A stretch of 63,303 nucleotides of DNA, counting the filler, from Nemertoderma westbladi (taxonomy: Eukaryota > Animalia > Xenacoelomorpha): NCBI GenBank assembly GCA_032718475.1. It is 3 parts of 3 records of this genome, joined end to end, with 100 filler letters (N's around TTAATTAATTAA, not from the genome) between each part and the next. Parts side by side here need not be neighbours in the genome. Positions count along the whole stretch, not along the records: positions 20,953 to 41,411 come from JAUCBJ010002024.1; 2 more parts are not named here. The stretch is one strand, 5' to 3'. Of the stretch, positions 22,725-33,443 are shown piece after piece (the stretch's first letter is position 1; every line of letters begins with the position of its first letter). Position numbers and translations under genes: made by a program. The notes below the pieces were generated by a model. That model was not told the DNA's origin, did no database searches, and was given only the letters and a program-made list of their open reading frames with translations.

Positions 22725-24140
22725 GACTATGTATACCGTTGAATGTCTACTGCTGTATTACAGTCTGAGTAAGTCTAGTAACTCAGTATTACCTGTTAGC
22801 CTAGTAATTAATTACCGGTACTGCTACTCAGTGTAGCGTGATATATATAATATATTAGAATACCGGTATACTTATAGTATATATAACTATATAAGTATTA
22901 TTACAGACTAGGTTTATCACAGAATACCGGTATAATTTTAGCACAAATGTATATAAATATATAATAGGCCTATCGGAATACCGGTATACAGCTTACAGTT
23001 TGTAGGATATATAATTCTGAAATAGAATTAATTACAAGTACCGGTATAATTCCAGCCTAGATTTATAGAAATAAAGATAATAGGCCTATCGTAAATACCG
23101 GTATATCAATTATTTCAAATAATTGAATTTCTGTTACTTTAGGTTACTTGGTTACGTTACTTACTTTATTACCGTTATTTGAGCAGTAATCCATCTTATA
23201 TTGAGGCCTAATGGTTGTATGGTAGGCCTACGATTTATAAATCGTTAGATTTGATTTATAATATATATATACCCGTTTTAATGGGTTTTGTCAATGTTTG
23301 AAATAAATGTTATTATTTCTGGGGAGTAATCACTACACAAAGCGGTGCGCTTTCAGTGAAGTGTTACGTACAGGACACTAAAACAAATAATACTAATTTA
23401 CCTAAGTTACTTAATACTACAAATTACGTACAATTTGGGTTGAGATTACAATCTCTAAATAAACACAAAATTTTACAAAACACAAATACGAATTTTTAGG
23501 GTAATTTTACAAGAAGTCTACAAACCAGCCTAACAAAGGGTTAGAAAACTGATTATTACAGCGGACAGGGTACTACGGTATTTGAAATAATAAGTAGTAG
23601 TAAATACACTGCGTTGTCTAGATAGGAAAATACCACCGCCTGACGACCTATAGCCGTATCGCTATAGGTTCTACGTTATGTATCACGGAGTGTTCCTACC
23701 TAGAAGTTAATAGAGCTAATCGAATGTGCCTATCAACCACTTTACAACACAAATATAATGCCTACACTAATTATTTTCGGAAAGCACTGTACACTAAACC
23801 CTAAATTAGGTACGAGTACTTGTACAACATATAATCAGTAGTTAAATATACTTGAACAGCTAAAAGAACCACGGCATCTGCTGGAGTGACCGATGCACAA
23901 AATCACCAGTCTTTACCTACGCCAAGCAGCCCGTGTAGTACCGAGGTTAATTTAACTATAGCGGTATGTATAACAAACACAATTACTGTAGGAACAAACT
24001 TGGGGACTTGAATGTTGCGAATAATCGCATAAACTCTGAATAATAAATATTACGCTACGCGTACAAACTACTCAAACAAAATACAGACCGAACACTGACA
24101 GACTACTATCAAGCCTAAACAAACTACGGTATATGCAGAC

Positions 24141-24539
24141 TCCGAAATGATTAGGGAGTATGCGCTCTAACCCAGTAGTGCGACTTATTCTTTAGTTGGG
24201 GGTTTACCTTACAGCGTTGCTGACCCTACTTCCTAACCGTACTTAATCGGACAGATGATCTACACACGCGGCAATCCGTTCAGACCTAATAACAGCCAGA
24301 CAACTATCCAGCCTACAAATTATCTAAATAAAATTATACGCTACCCGTACAGACTTACACAAACAAAGTACAGACTAAACGATGGCAGACCACTCTCAAG
24401 CCTAAATGAACCACAGGACATGCAGACTCCGAAATGATTAGGGAGTATGCGCTCTAACCCAGTAGTGCGACTTATTCTTTAGTTGGGGGATTACCTTACA
24501 GCGTTGGCTGCCCCTACTTCCTAACCGTACTTAATCGGA
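24141..24539 (-). ncRNA. Duplicated ~112-nt structured module in LTR A (24141-24251 and 24428-24539)
   Basis: Helices UCCGA/UCGGA, GUUAGG/CCUAAU and CGCaCUA/UAGaGCG covary with the LTR B copies. Confidence 0.7.
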
Positions 24540-24882
24540 CAAGTGCTCTACACACACTGTAATCCGTTCAGACTTAACAGCAATCAGACAACAGCTCAGC
24601 CTACAAATTGTCTGTACAATCTGATCAGGTTTACACGCCTTCTGTTCAATACTGGCCTACAAACAAATAAAACTTGACAGAAATAAGTAAAAATCTCAAT
24701 AAAAACCAGGGCTGCAGTCCCTGATTAATTATTAAGGCCTACTGGTATATAACAATCAAAATCGAATAATACTGCTGTAGGTACCGGTCCGGATGATCAG
24801 GCAGTCAGGCCTACTGGTTACCGGTCGACCGGTACTTTCGACTTTATTGCTTACTGCAATAAAGAAGCTATATCCTTTAATG

Positions 24883-25047
24883 TTCGCGCTTTCAGACCTT
24901 TGGCAGTTTAACCCACCAAATTAAGATGTCTTCTAGATATTAAATCTGCTTTTAGTCTATGACAAATATTTGATTCACTACACTAGTCGAAACCAATCCG
25001 TGCGCGACCATTCACCCGCTGGATATTCCCGGGAGATTGGGTTCGAC
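24883..25047 (-). ncRNA. Double-pseudoknot-like RNA domain in LTR A (homologues at 27714-27890 minus and 32368-32533 plus)
   Basis: Three-way covariation CCAAUC/GAUUGG, UCAGCC/GGCUGA, CCAGUC/GACUGG; conserved CGCGC/GCGCG long-range complementarity. Confidence 0.7.
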
Positions 25048-26141
25048 GGTTTAATTTTTATTGCTATGTAAGCCTAATGTATTATTCGACTGACAGTATT
25101 ATATAATCTCTGACAATATTATTCACCTTCGGTAATATTAACAGTTCCTTTAGGACGTGGCGCTTTATCTATATAAACAGAGTTATGACTTAAACTACTC
25201 ACAACGATATGGCTTAATTATAATTCACATATATGGCGCATTCTTTAGGAATTGCTTCTTTAACAGACTCACTCATACACAATGCTGCACAATACTGCAC
25301 ACTAATCTGCCAATCTTCACTGATTTTAGTCACATATAAAAGGAACACAGACTGAATCATGTAGGGTCTATCAAATAACATTAGATTCACTTCAAACCAC
25401 TTTAACATAAGTCACAATCGTTATTGGTAACCTTTCTCTCTTACCTTCGGTATATCAAGAATATTGGGTTTCGGGGTGATTTATCGTTATTCCAAATATA
25501 ATAATTCATCAACCATATTATGAAGAAATGACAGTAAATAGCAGTATAACACAACAACTGAACACTGATTGTTATGAGTTTGCAATGTTTCAGCAGTCAG
25601 GATGTATGATAAGTTATCAGTAGTCATTAGATGCGTTAAAGGATATATGCCCTTTATAATTAAACCTACTAGTGTACGACTAAAAAGCAGTACAGCACAA
25701 AATACTTTCAAGCCGTTCTTTCTTTGGCTCAAGACTGAATGTAAACACTGCACATAGGCATTGCGTCATTTCTCGGAAATTTTCTGTACAAGGAGCCACA
25801 AAAACGCTCTCATTGGCTGACTGAACTGAGAGACGCCGTAGAACAAAGGAAATCAACACGTATGAATGTCAGCTGTTAACCGTAGTCATAGTAACTACTG
25901 TTCAAGAGTAGCTATCACCCCTTTGCGTCACGAATTGCCATAGAATCATAAAATATGCCTTTCACAGTACACATACGGAGGAAATAGGTCTTAGATCCTC
26001 TAAAAACACCGATACAGCAATAATACGGTCTCTTACACTTATTAAATCAACTACAGAGTATTTTAATGTAAAAGATAATAAAAATAACGGGGCAATTCAG
26101 CAAAGGCTTTTACATGGGTTTTTGTCAATATTTGAAATAAA

Positions 26142-28922
26142 TGTTATTATTTCTGGGGGAGTCACTACACAGAAGCTGAACGCCTCTCAGTGAAGTGCTA
26201 TTTATTTGACACTAAAACTGATAATTCTAATTTACCTAAGTTACTTAATACTACCAATTACTTACGATACGGGTGAGATTAATTCTCTAATTGAACACAA
26301 CAAAATATTACGTACGAAATTTTTAGGGTAATTTTACAGGAAGTCTACAAACCAGCCTAACAAAGGGTTAGAATTCTGGTTATTACAACGGACAGGGTAC
26401 TACGGTATTTGAAATAATAAGTAGTAGTAAATATATTGTACTGTCCAGATAGGAAATACCACCGCCTGACGACCTATAACCGTATCGCTATAGGTACTAC
26501 GTTATGTATCACGGATTGTTCCTACCCAGAAGCTAATAGAGCTAACGAATGTGCCTATCAACCACTTTACAACACAAATATCCTGCCTACACTAATTACT
26601 TCGGAAAGCACTGTACACTAAACCCTAAATTAGGTACAAGTACCGGTATAACAAATAATCAGTAGTTAAATATACTTGAACAGTTAAAAGAACCACGGCA
26701 TCTGCTGGAGTGACCAGGGCACAATGTCACCAGTCTTGTCCTACGCCAAGCAGCCCGTGTAGTACCGGGGTTAATTTAACTATAACGGTATGTATAACAA
26801 GCACAATTACTGTAGGAATAAACTTGGGGACATGAATGTTGCGAATAATCGCGTAAACTCTGAATAATAAATATCACGCTACCCGTACAGAATACTCAAA
26901 CAAAATATAAACCAAACGCTGGCAGACTACTATCAAGCCTAAACAAACTACAGTATGTGCAGATTCTGAAACTGTTAGTTAGTATGCGTTCTAACACGGT
27001 AGTACGACTTATTCTTTAAGAGGGGATTGACCTTACCGCATATGGCTGCCCCAACTTACTAACGGCACTTTATCAGACCAACTCTACACACGCAGCAATC
27101 CCTTCAGGCCTAAGAATAGCTAGACAACAATCCAGCCTACAAAATATCTGAGTAATAACTATTACGGTACCTGAACAGACCACACAAACAAACACAGGCC
27201 AAAACACTGGCAGACTACGATCAAGCCTAAATAAACTACAGTATATGCAGATTCTGAAACAGTTAGTTAGTATGCGTTCTAACACGGTAGTACGACTTAT
27301 TCTTTAAGAGGGGATTGACCTTACCGCATATGGCTGCCCCAACTTACTAACGGCACTTGATCAGACAAACTCTACACACGCCGTAATCTCTCTAAACTCA
27401 ACACAGTCAGACAGCAGCTCAGCCTACAATTATCTGAGCAATCTGAGGAGGGTCACACGCCTTCTGCTCAATATTAACTTACTAGGAAATAAAACTGACA
27501 GAAATAGACCTAAGTAAAATCCCAATAAAAACCAGGCGTCCCCGATTTAATATCGAGACCTACCGGTATACAATAATCAAGATCGAATAATACTAATGTA
27601 CTTATACAGCAGTACCGGTTAGGACAGTTGGGCCTACAGACCTACAGAAGTACCGGTTACTACGGTATTTTGCAACCTTATTGCCTACTGCAATAAGATT
27701 ATAAACTGTTACTGTTCGCGCTTTTGTAGACCTTTAGCAGTTTAACCTGCCAAAATTTATATGTCTTTTAGTTACTTAAAACACCTTTAGCATACGACAA
27801 TATTTTATGCTAATAAACAAAACATTACCCGAAGTCAGCCCATGCGCGATCATTCACCCGATGGATCTACACCCGGGAGGCTGAATTCGGTTGCTTAAAT
27901 TTTATTATTGCAGTGTCAGGTTGCAGTGTAAACTTACTGTATTATTCGATTGATCGTTATTAATTAATTTCTGACAGATATTATTGGCTTTCGGGAAATA
28001 TTAACAGTTCCTTTAGGACGTGGCGCTCTATCTATTTAAACAGAACTAAGACTTATACTAAAACGCAACGATACCGCTTATGATTAAAGTATAAAGCGTA
28101 TTCTTTAGGAAATACTTTGTTACCAATCACAATCATACACACTATTCTGCCGACCGTCAGTATATTTGATCACACATAAAGAGAGCAGTAATTGACTCAT
28201 GTAGGGTCTGCTAAATAACATTAGATTCAATACACACCACATTAATATAAATCGCAATTGTTATATATAGCCCGTCTCTCTAACCTGTAGTGTATCAAGA
28301 AAATTGGGAATTTTGGGTGATTTATCCGTATTCTCCAAAGAGCAATATTTCCATCAACAAATAGATACAATTAATAACTGACGGTAAATAACAGTACAAA
28401 CAATATGATTAATAGTGAGTTAATTAGATCAGACAAGTCGATTGAGTCAGATTAGTGAGTTAAGGTAACAGTTTATACTTTCGATAATTTAAGCAGTTTT
28501 ACTAGAGTTCTTCCCAAAAAGCCGGTGTTATGGCGAAAAAATGGGAACACAACAACAGAATCATATAAAATCATATAACTAGAATAACTATACGAGGATA
28601 CCAACTACCCTTATTCCACGAAGCCCCGTTCAACACAGAGGATGAGCATAGAGATAGGAAATTCAGTTCAGTAGCGCTGGGATAGGTCGAAATCAACGCC
28701 CACTCAAATTCTATTGGCCGACACGGACAGCAGTGCAGAGGCAACCTCCCTAAGCTGGCTGGCCGATTAAACTGAGCCCAGATATCTCCATACAGCACAT
28801 CAGCCAATAAGCTGGTAGCTTGCACTATTTTAGTTATAAATCCCTTTGAGAGTATTCTAGCGACCGGGGGGGAACTGGCCAGCAAAGGCAAACGTATCAG
28901 TTATCCCACAAAAGCTTTTACA
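26142..28922 (-). mobile_element. LTR B (~2.8 kb), diverged relative of LTR A
   Basis: Begins TGTAAAAGCTTTTGTGGGATAAC at 28922 with no PPT upstream; ends ...AATAATAACA at 26142. It is followed by 27 nt shared with A and then directly by LTR A. Confidence 0.75.
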
Positions 28923-29399
28923 AAGCCAGCCAGCTGGCTGTAAGGAGACCGTCCATATAGACAAACGTAGTGTTAGTTGGGTCCCTCATCATTCATTATC
29001 ATCAACTCCCTCCCATCTAACATAGCAGTGAGTAACCTTATAGATTATTGTCATAGGATTCACTGGGAAGAGGTATTCATCTGGTGGGGTAATACATTAT
29101 ACAAACTTACAGTTTTGATGTTTGATTACTGTCTGGGTTACAGGGTTAGAGTGAGATAGTAATCAATTTGGCAATAACATACTTCTCTGCAGTTTGGGCT
29201 ATCCATTCAATAAATAGTAGTAGCTTACTAGGCCCACATGAGTACCAGCAGCTGGTGTTTCTATCGTTGAGTTGATGGCAATTATCGTGTTTTCATTTTC
29301 GCTCACTCATGGTACTGGTTTGAGGGGCAGGTTCGTTTAAAGTCAGCTTGCTGGCTTTCTAGTTCTACTGTAACTGTTGATTATAAAATATGAATTTTC

Positions 29400-29939
29400 T
29401 CACTTTGCATTTTTAAATTTTTTTTAGACTTTGAAGTCCTAAGGCTTCATTAAAAATTAGTATGGAGCCGCGAAATTTGGCATGCAAGCTAGTGTAGTAC
29501 AGATAATAAATTTTGACTGGTAGTTTTTCTTAAAATCCATTCAAACCCGTTTTGGTGCAAATTTTGTGAAAAATATGATGATAATTTTTCATGACGTCAT
29601 CATTTTTGCTTAAGAGTTCTAACAAAATGGAATTTCAAAATTTCGCCAGTCAGAATTAACGATATCCCAAAACTGGCCATTTTGGAGGCGATTTCACTTA
29701 AATTGGCCTATCCAATCAAAAATCCTTAGCGTTTTTTCTAAAAATTCTAGAATCTGCGATTGCTGCTGAAAGGCAGTATAAAAATGGGCCTTTTTAGTCA
29801 GAATCTCTCCTAAAACCTTTATGTTAAGTATATTATAAGTTACAAGGTCAAATATGAAATTGGTGTTTAATTTTAAATCGATGAAAAAAAAAATGTCGAA
29901 ATAATGTACACCCCCACCCCCCCCCCCTCCCCCCCTTAA
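29400..29939. mobile_element. Possible Kolobok-like non-autonomous DNA transposon fragment
   Basis: Ends in (C)n-TTAA; AT-rich body. The second TIR was not identified. Confidence 0.25.
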
Positions 29940-30183
29940 TGCCACACACTTTTCTTTATTTTTTACTTGAACTTGAACTTTAATAATTCCAATAAAATAT
30001 GGTACGACAGACCCAGCACCAGCACGATAGCAAACACGAAATAAAGTAATATAGATACATTTAATTATTGGGTGAGGATCCGAATTCGAATGAAATCCAC
30101 ATAGTAGCAAGTGCCACTAGTTCGTGGATTTCATGCAAATACTCGAAATTTGAGTTGGACTGCGCCGCGTCAATGATATTTGT

Positions 30184-31301
30184 ATGGAAAATGAGTGAAA
30201 ATAATCTACTCACATGTACAAGATATTTTTAAGTGAAAGATTAGAAGCACAAAAGAAGCTTTCCAAGAAAGACAGATAAACGTAATTTGCAGCAGCAAGT
30301 CCAAGCGGTAAAAGAATTAGCTTTACCTCAGTTCGATAGGGAAATTCAGAATCTCGAGGAAGACACCGAACTTGGACGAACCTACTCTCTGCAAGAGTTT
30401 TTGGACGAACGCTTCCAACGACAAGCGGAGGAAAATCAGCTCGAGGAGAAGCATATCGAGATGGACGAGAGAGAAGAAGCAGCTTTAGCCCAGCCAGAAG
30501 CTCAAATCCTTATGACTGATCTCTATTCCAAAACCATTATTCATCCTTCAATGGTTCCCATTTCGGAGACAAACTCTTCGCCACAGTACAACCCCAACCG
30601 GTTGATATCATCTTAAGATCTAGAGATCTTATCGCTGACGCTCCTATGTTACAACGTCCGTCAATCAACGCCGCTCGTGTCGACGGTATACTCGTTGAAC
30701 CTCCGGACAATTGAGCGGATCATGTCCGTCGTATGGTACACGAGGTCAATCTACGCGTTAGACCTTTGCCAAAATCATTCTATGGGATCAAAGACCATCC
30801 TTATTATGTCAATTTAATTCAATATTATATGGTGAAACCGGAAGATCCTACGCACAGTATAAAGTTTCTACCATTGATAAATCCCGTGGTGACTTGTTCA
30901 TAAACTCGCATCCAGAGCTACAGGAAGTTCATAGACGACTATATGAATATAGAGCCCGAGAACGCGAGTTGGAAAGAACCATCAAACCGAGGAAATTTCT
31001 CACTACTCACGGTCCGCCTACCGCTCTCATGCAAACGACTCGTCAGGGACCAGTAAGAGCTGTCGTCCTGAAACGCGCTCTAAAGGTTGTTCGACCTCGT
31101 TCCACTGAGGATGATATCGATCAACCGGGTACCTCGACCGGCTGATACACCGACCGTCATCCTAAACCTTCCGATGCAATTGTAATGCACCCTTCACCCA
31201 GGAGTTATAGCCCTCCTAGTAAAGTGGCTCGCCCCAAAGAGAAAAGGACTCTTACTAGCCTCAAAAAACTCCTTAAACGCCGTTCACGTAAGAAGGACTA
31301 A
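30184..31301 (+). pseudogene. Degenerate accessory ORF of element C, homologous to the element D protein
   Basis: Translates across stops and frameshifts to ...IIHPSM..IADAPML..VDGILVEP..VHEVN..FYGIKDHPYYV..; basic tail LKKLLKRRSRKKD*. Confidence 0.75.
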
Positions 31302-31370
31302 TAGTTTAGAGTATTTTTATATTTTAGAAACTGTGATTTTTATATTTTATAGACTTAAATCCCATTTTCT

Positions 31371-32533
31371 GGGAGCGGTGTAAAAGCTTTTGCGGACATA
31401 ACAAGTCATTTTCCCGCAATGCGCAGTGTAGGTGCTTTTGCGGACATAACAAGTCATTTTTGCCGCAATGCGCAGAATACTCTAAAATAGTCCTAAATGT
31501 ATTCAACTCCGTGATGGGAAGGAATCAGAGCCCCAATGACGAAATCTATCAGCTGATTCTCTGTGGACGTGGAACTTTTCTTTGTTCTGCCTAGTCAGCC
31601 AATCAGAGCGATTTTCCTCCTTATGTCTGACAGAAGCCTATGGAAACCCGCGCAATGCATTACGGTCTTTGTTTACTATTTTTTGAGCAGCAGAACCGGC
31701 TTGGAATTTTCTGTACTTCTGCGTAGAAGTTTCAGACTTTGGCCTAAACATCTGATGGCTTTGATTATAAGAACGTAAAACTATTAACAATTCAACATTG
31801 CTGCACATGGAACACTGCATAAGTAACACATACTGACTGTTCACCGCATTATTTTGCTTCTGTTATTAATTGTTGTTGTGTTAATGGATATTGGCTGTTA
31901 TATTTGGAGAATACCGATAAATAATCATAAAACCCCCAATCTTCTTGATTACTGAAGGTGAGAGGAACAGGTTTACCGGTAGCAACTGCGACTTACATTA
32001 TAGTGGTTTTTGTGTGAATTAAATGCTATTTCATAATCCCTACATGTGTCAGTTGCGATCCTCCTTATATACGATCAAATTCAGTGACGGTCGGCTGATC
32101 AGTGCGAAATAGTGTGAAGTAGTGTGAAGTCGTGTGAAGTAGTGTGAAGGTTAATAAAGCATCTCCTAAAGAATGCGCTTTTTACGAAACTCTGTGGCCA
32201 TCCAGTTGTGATTAGTATAAGTCATAACTCTGTTTTTATACTTAAAGCGCCACGTCCTAAAGGAACTGTTATTATTTCCCCGAAAGTAAATATATTGTCA
32301 TAGATTATATCGTAACGATCAATCGAATAATACAGTAGGTCTACAACGCAATAATAAGTCAAAGCATCCGAATCCAGTCTCCCTTAACTGTGGGTGATAC
32401 GCCGCGCACGGACTGGCTTCGGCTGATGTAACTTCAGTACACTAGGTAATTGTTATAGGCTAAAGTCGATTTATAAACAAAAGGACAACTAAAATTGGCA
32501 GGTTAAACTGCTAAAGGTCTAAAAGCGCGAACA
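31371..32533 (+). mobile_element. PPT (31371-31378) and 3' LTR C, truncated by a satellite
   Basis: GGGAGCGG|TGTAAAAGCTTTTGCGG; CAGCCAATCAGAGCG box; collinear with the reverse complement of LTRs A and B up to AAAGCGCGAAC. Confidence 0.75.
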
Positions 32534-32534
32534 C

Positions 32535-32984
32535 GTGTGTCCCCAACCGTAGTTGTGTGTCCCCAACCGTAGTTGTGTGTCCCCATCCGTAGTTGTGTGT
32601 CCCCAACCGTAGTTGTGTGTCCCCATCCGTAGTTGTGTGTCCCCAACCGTAGTTGTGTGTCCCCAACCGTAGTTGTGTGTCCCCAACCGTAGTCGTGTGT
32701 CCCCAACCGTAGTTGTGTGTCCCCAACCGTAGTTGTGTGTCCCCAACCGTAGTTGTGTGTCCCCATCCGTAGTTGTGTGTCCCCAACCGTAGTTGTGTGT
32801 CCCCATCCGTAGTTGTGTGTCCCCAACCGTAGTTGTGTGTCCCCAACCGTAGTTGTGTGTCCCCAACCGTAGTTGTGTGTCCCCAAACGTAGTTGTGTGT
32901 CCCCAACCGTAGTTGTGTGTCCCCAACCGTAGTCGTGTGTCCCCAACCGTAGTTGTGTGTCCCCAACCGTAGCTGTGTGACCCC
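32535..32984. repeat. 20-bp tandem repeat, about 22 copies
   Basis: GTGTGTCCCCAACCGTAGTT units. Confidence 0.97.
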
Positions 32985-33443
32985 AGCAGAACATCTAACT
33001 GATCTTGACTTTTCTGATAATCTCGGTTTGTTGTGAAAGACATTTGAGTCACATTGTTTATTAGCAAGAAAAAATTCACCGTAGACCACAACATAACGTT
33101 CACACTGTTCTAACTACACGAAATAAATAATTAATAATTATCTACTCAACCTGAATTTATTATTAAATACATTAAATTAAATACAAATTATTTATTATTA
33201 AGACATTAAATAATATGGTTGACAATTAGTTTCGTTTGAGGTCATTAAGTTTTGCGCAAATTCACAGGATAAATTCTAGTAATTCTATTAGTTGAGAACT
33301 ATATTTTTGAATTGAATTATCAACTAAAACTTGGCCACCACCGCTACTATAACGGTCCAAATTGGTCCAAAAATCAAACATTATTAACTAAAATTAATGT
33401 AATCCACCAACATATGTACATAATTCAATTGCAGTCAGTTGGA

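Larger units (their letters stand above)
23308..26114 (-). mobile_element. LTR A (~2.8 kb), putative 5' LTR
   Basis: Begins TGTAAAAGCCTTTG at 26114; CCAAT box at about 25815; candidate end ...AATAATAACA at 23308. Collinear with B and C. Confidence 0.75.

Noticed and set aside
24890-24902. RNase P CR-I-like AAGGUCUGA
   Set aside because: No downstream CR-V partner; the word is not fully conserved in B or C and sits inside a repeat.
24945-24968. Group I intron R-element look-alike (UCAUAGACUAAAAG on the minus strand)
   Set aside because: Copies B and C read GUAUGCUAAAG and AUAGGCUAAAG, and no properly placed S element or P4-P6 domain was found.
25239-25252. Similarity of LTR GCATTCTTTAGGAA to the 64-bp satellite GCATTCCTTTAGGAA
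   Set aside because: Short AT-rich match without flanking similarity; probably chance.
15275-26114. One complete element spanning the first gap (LTR A - ORF1 - gap - accessory ORFs - LTR D)
   Set aside because: Orientation fits, but the putative LTR D does not align with LTR A beyond short words, and the linker is artificial, so adjacency is not evidence.
32503-33103. ORFs with GWGHTTTVGDTQLRL repeats, or a CRISPR-like array
   Set aside because: These are translations of a 20-bp tandem repeat; there are no unique spacers and no cas genes.
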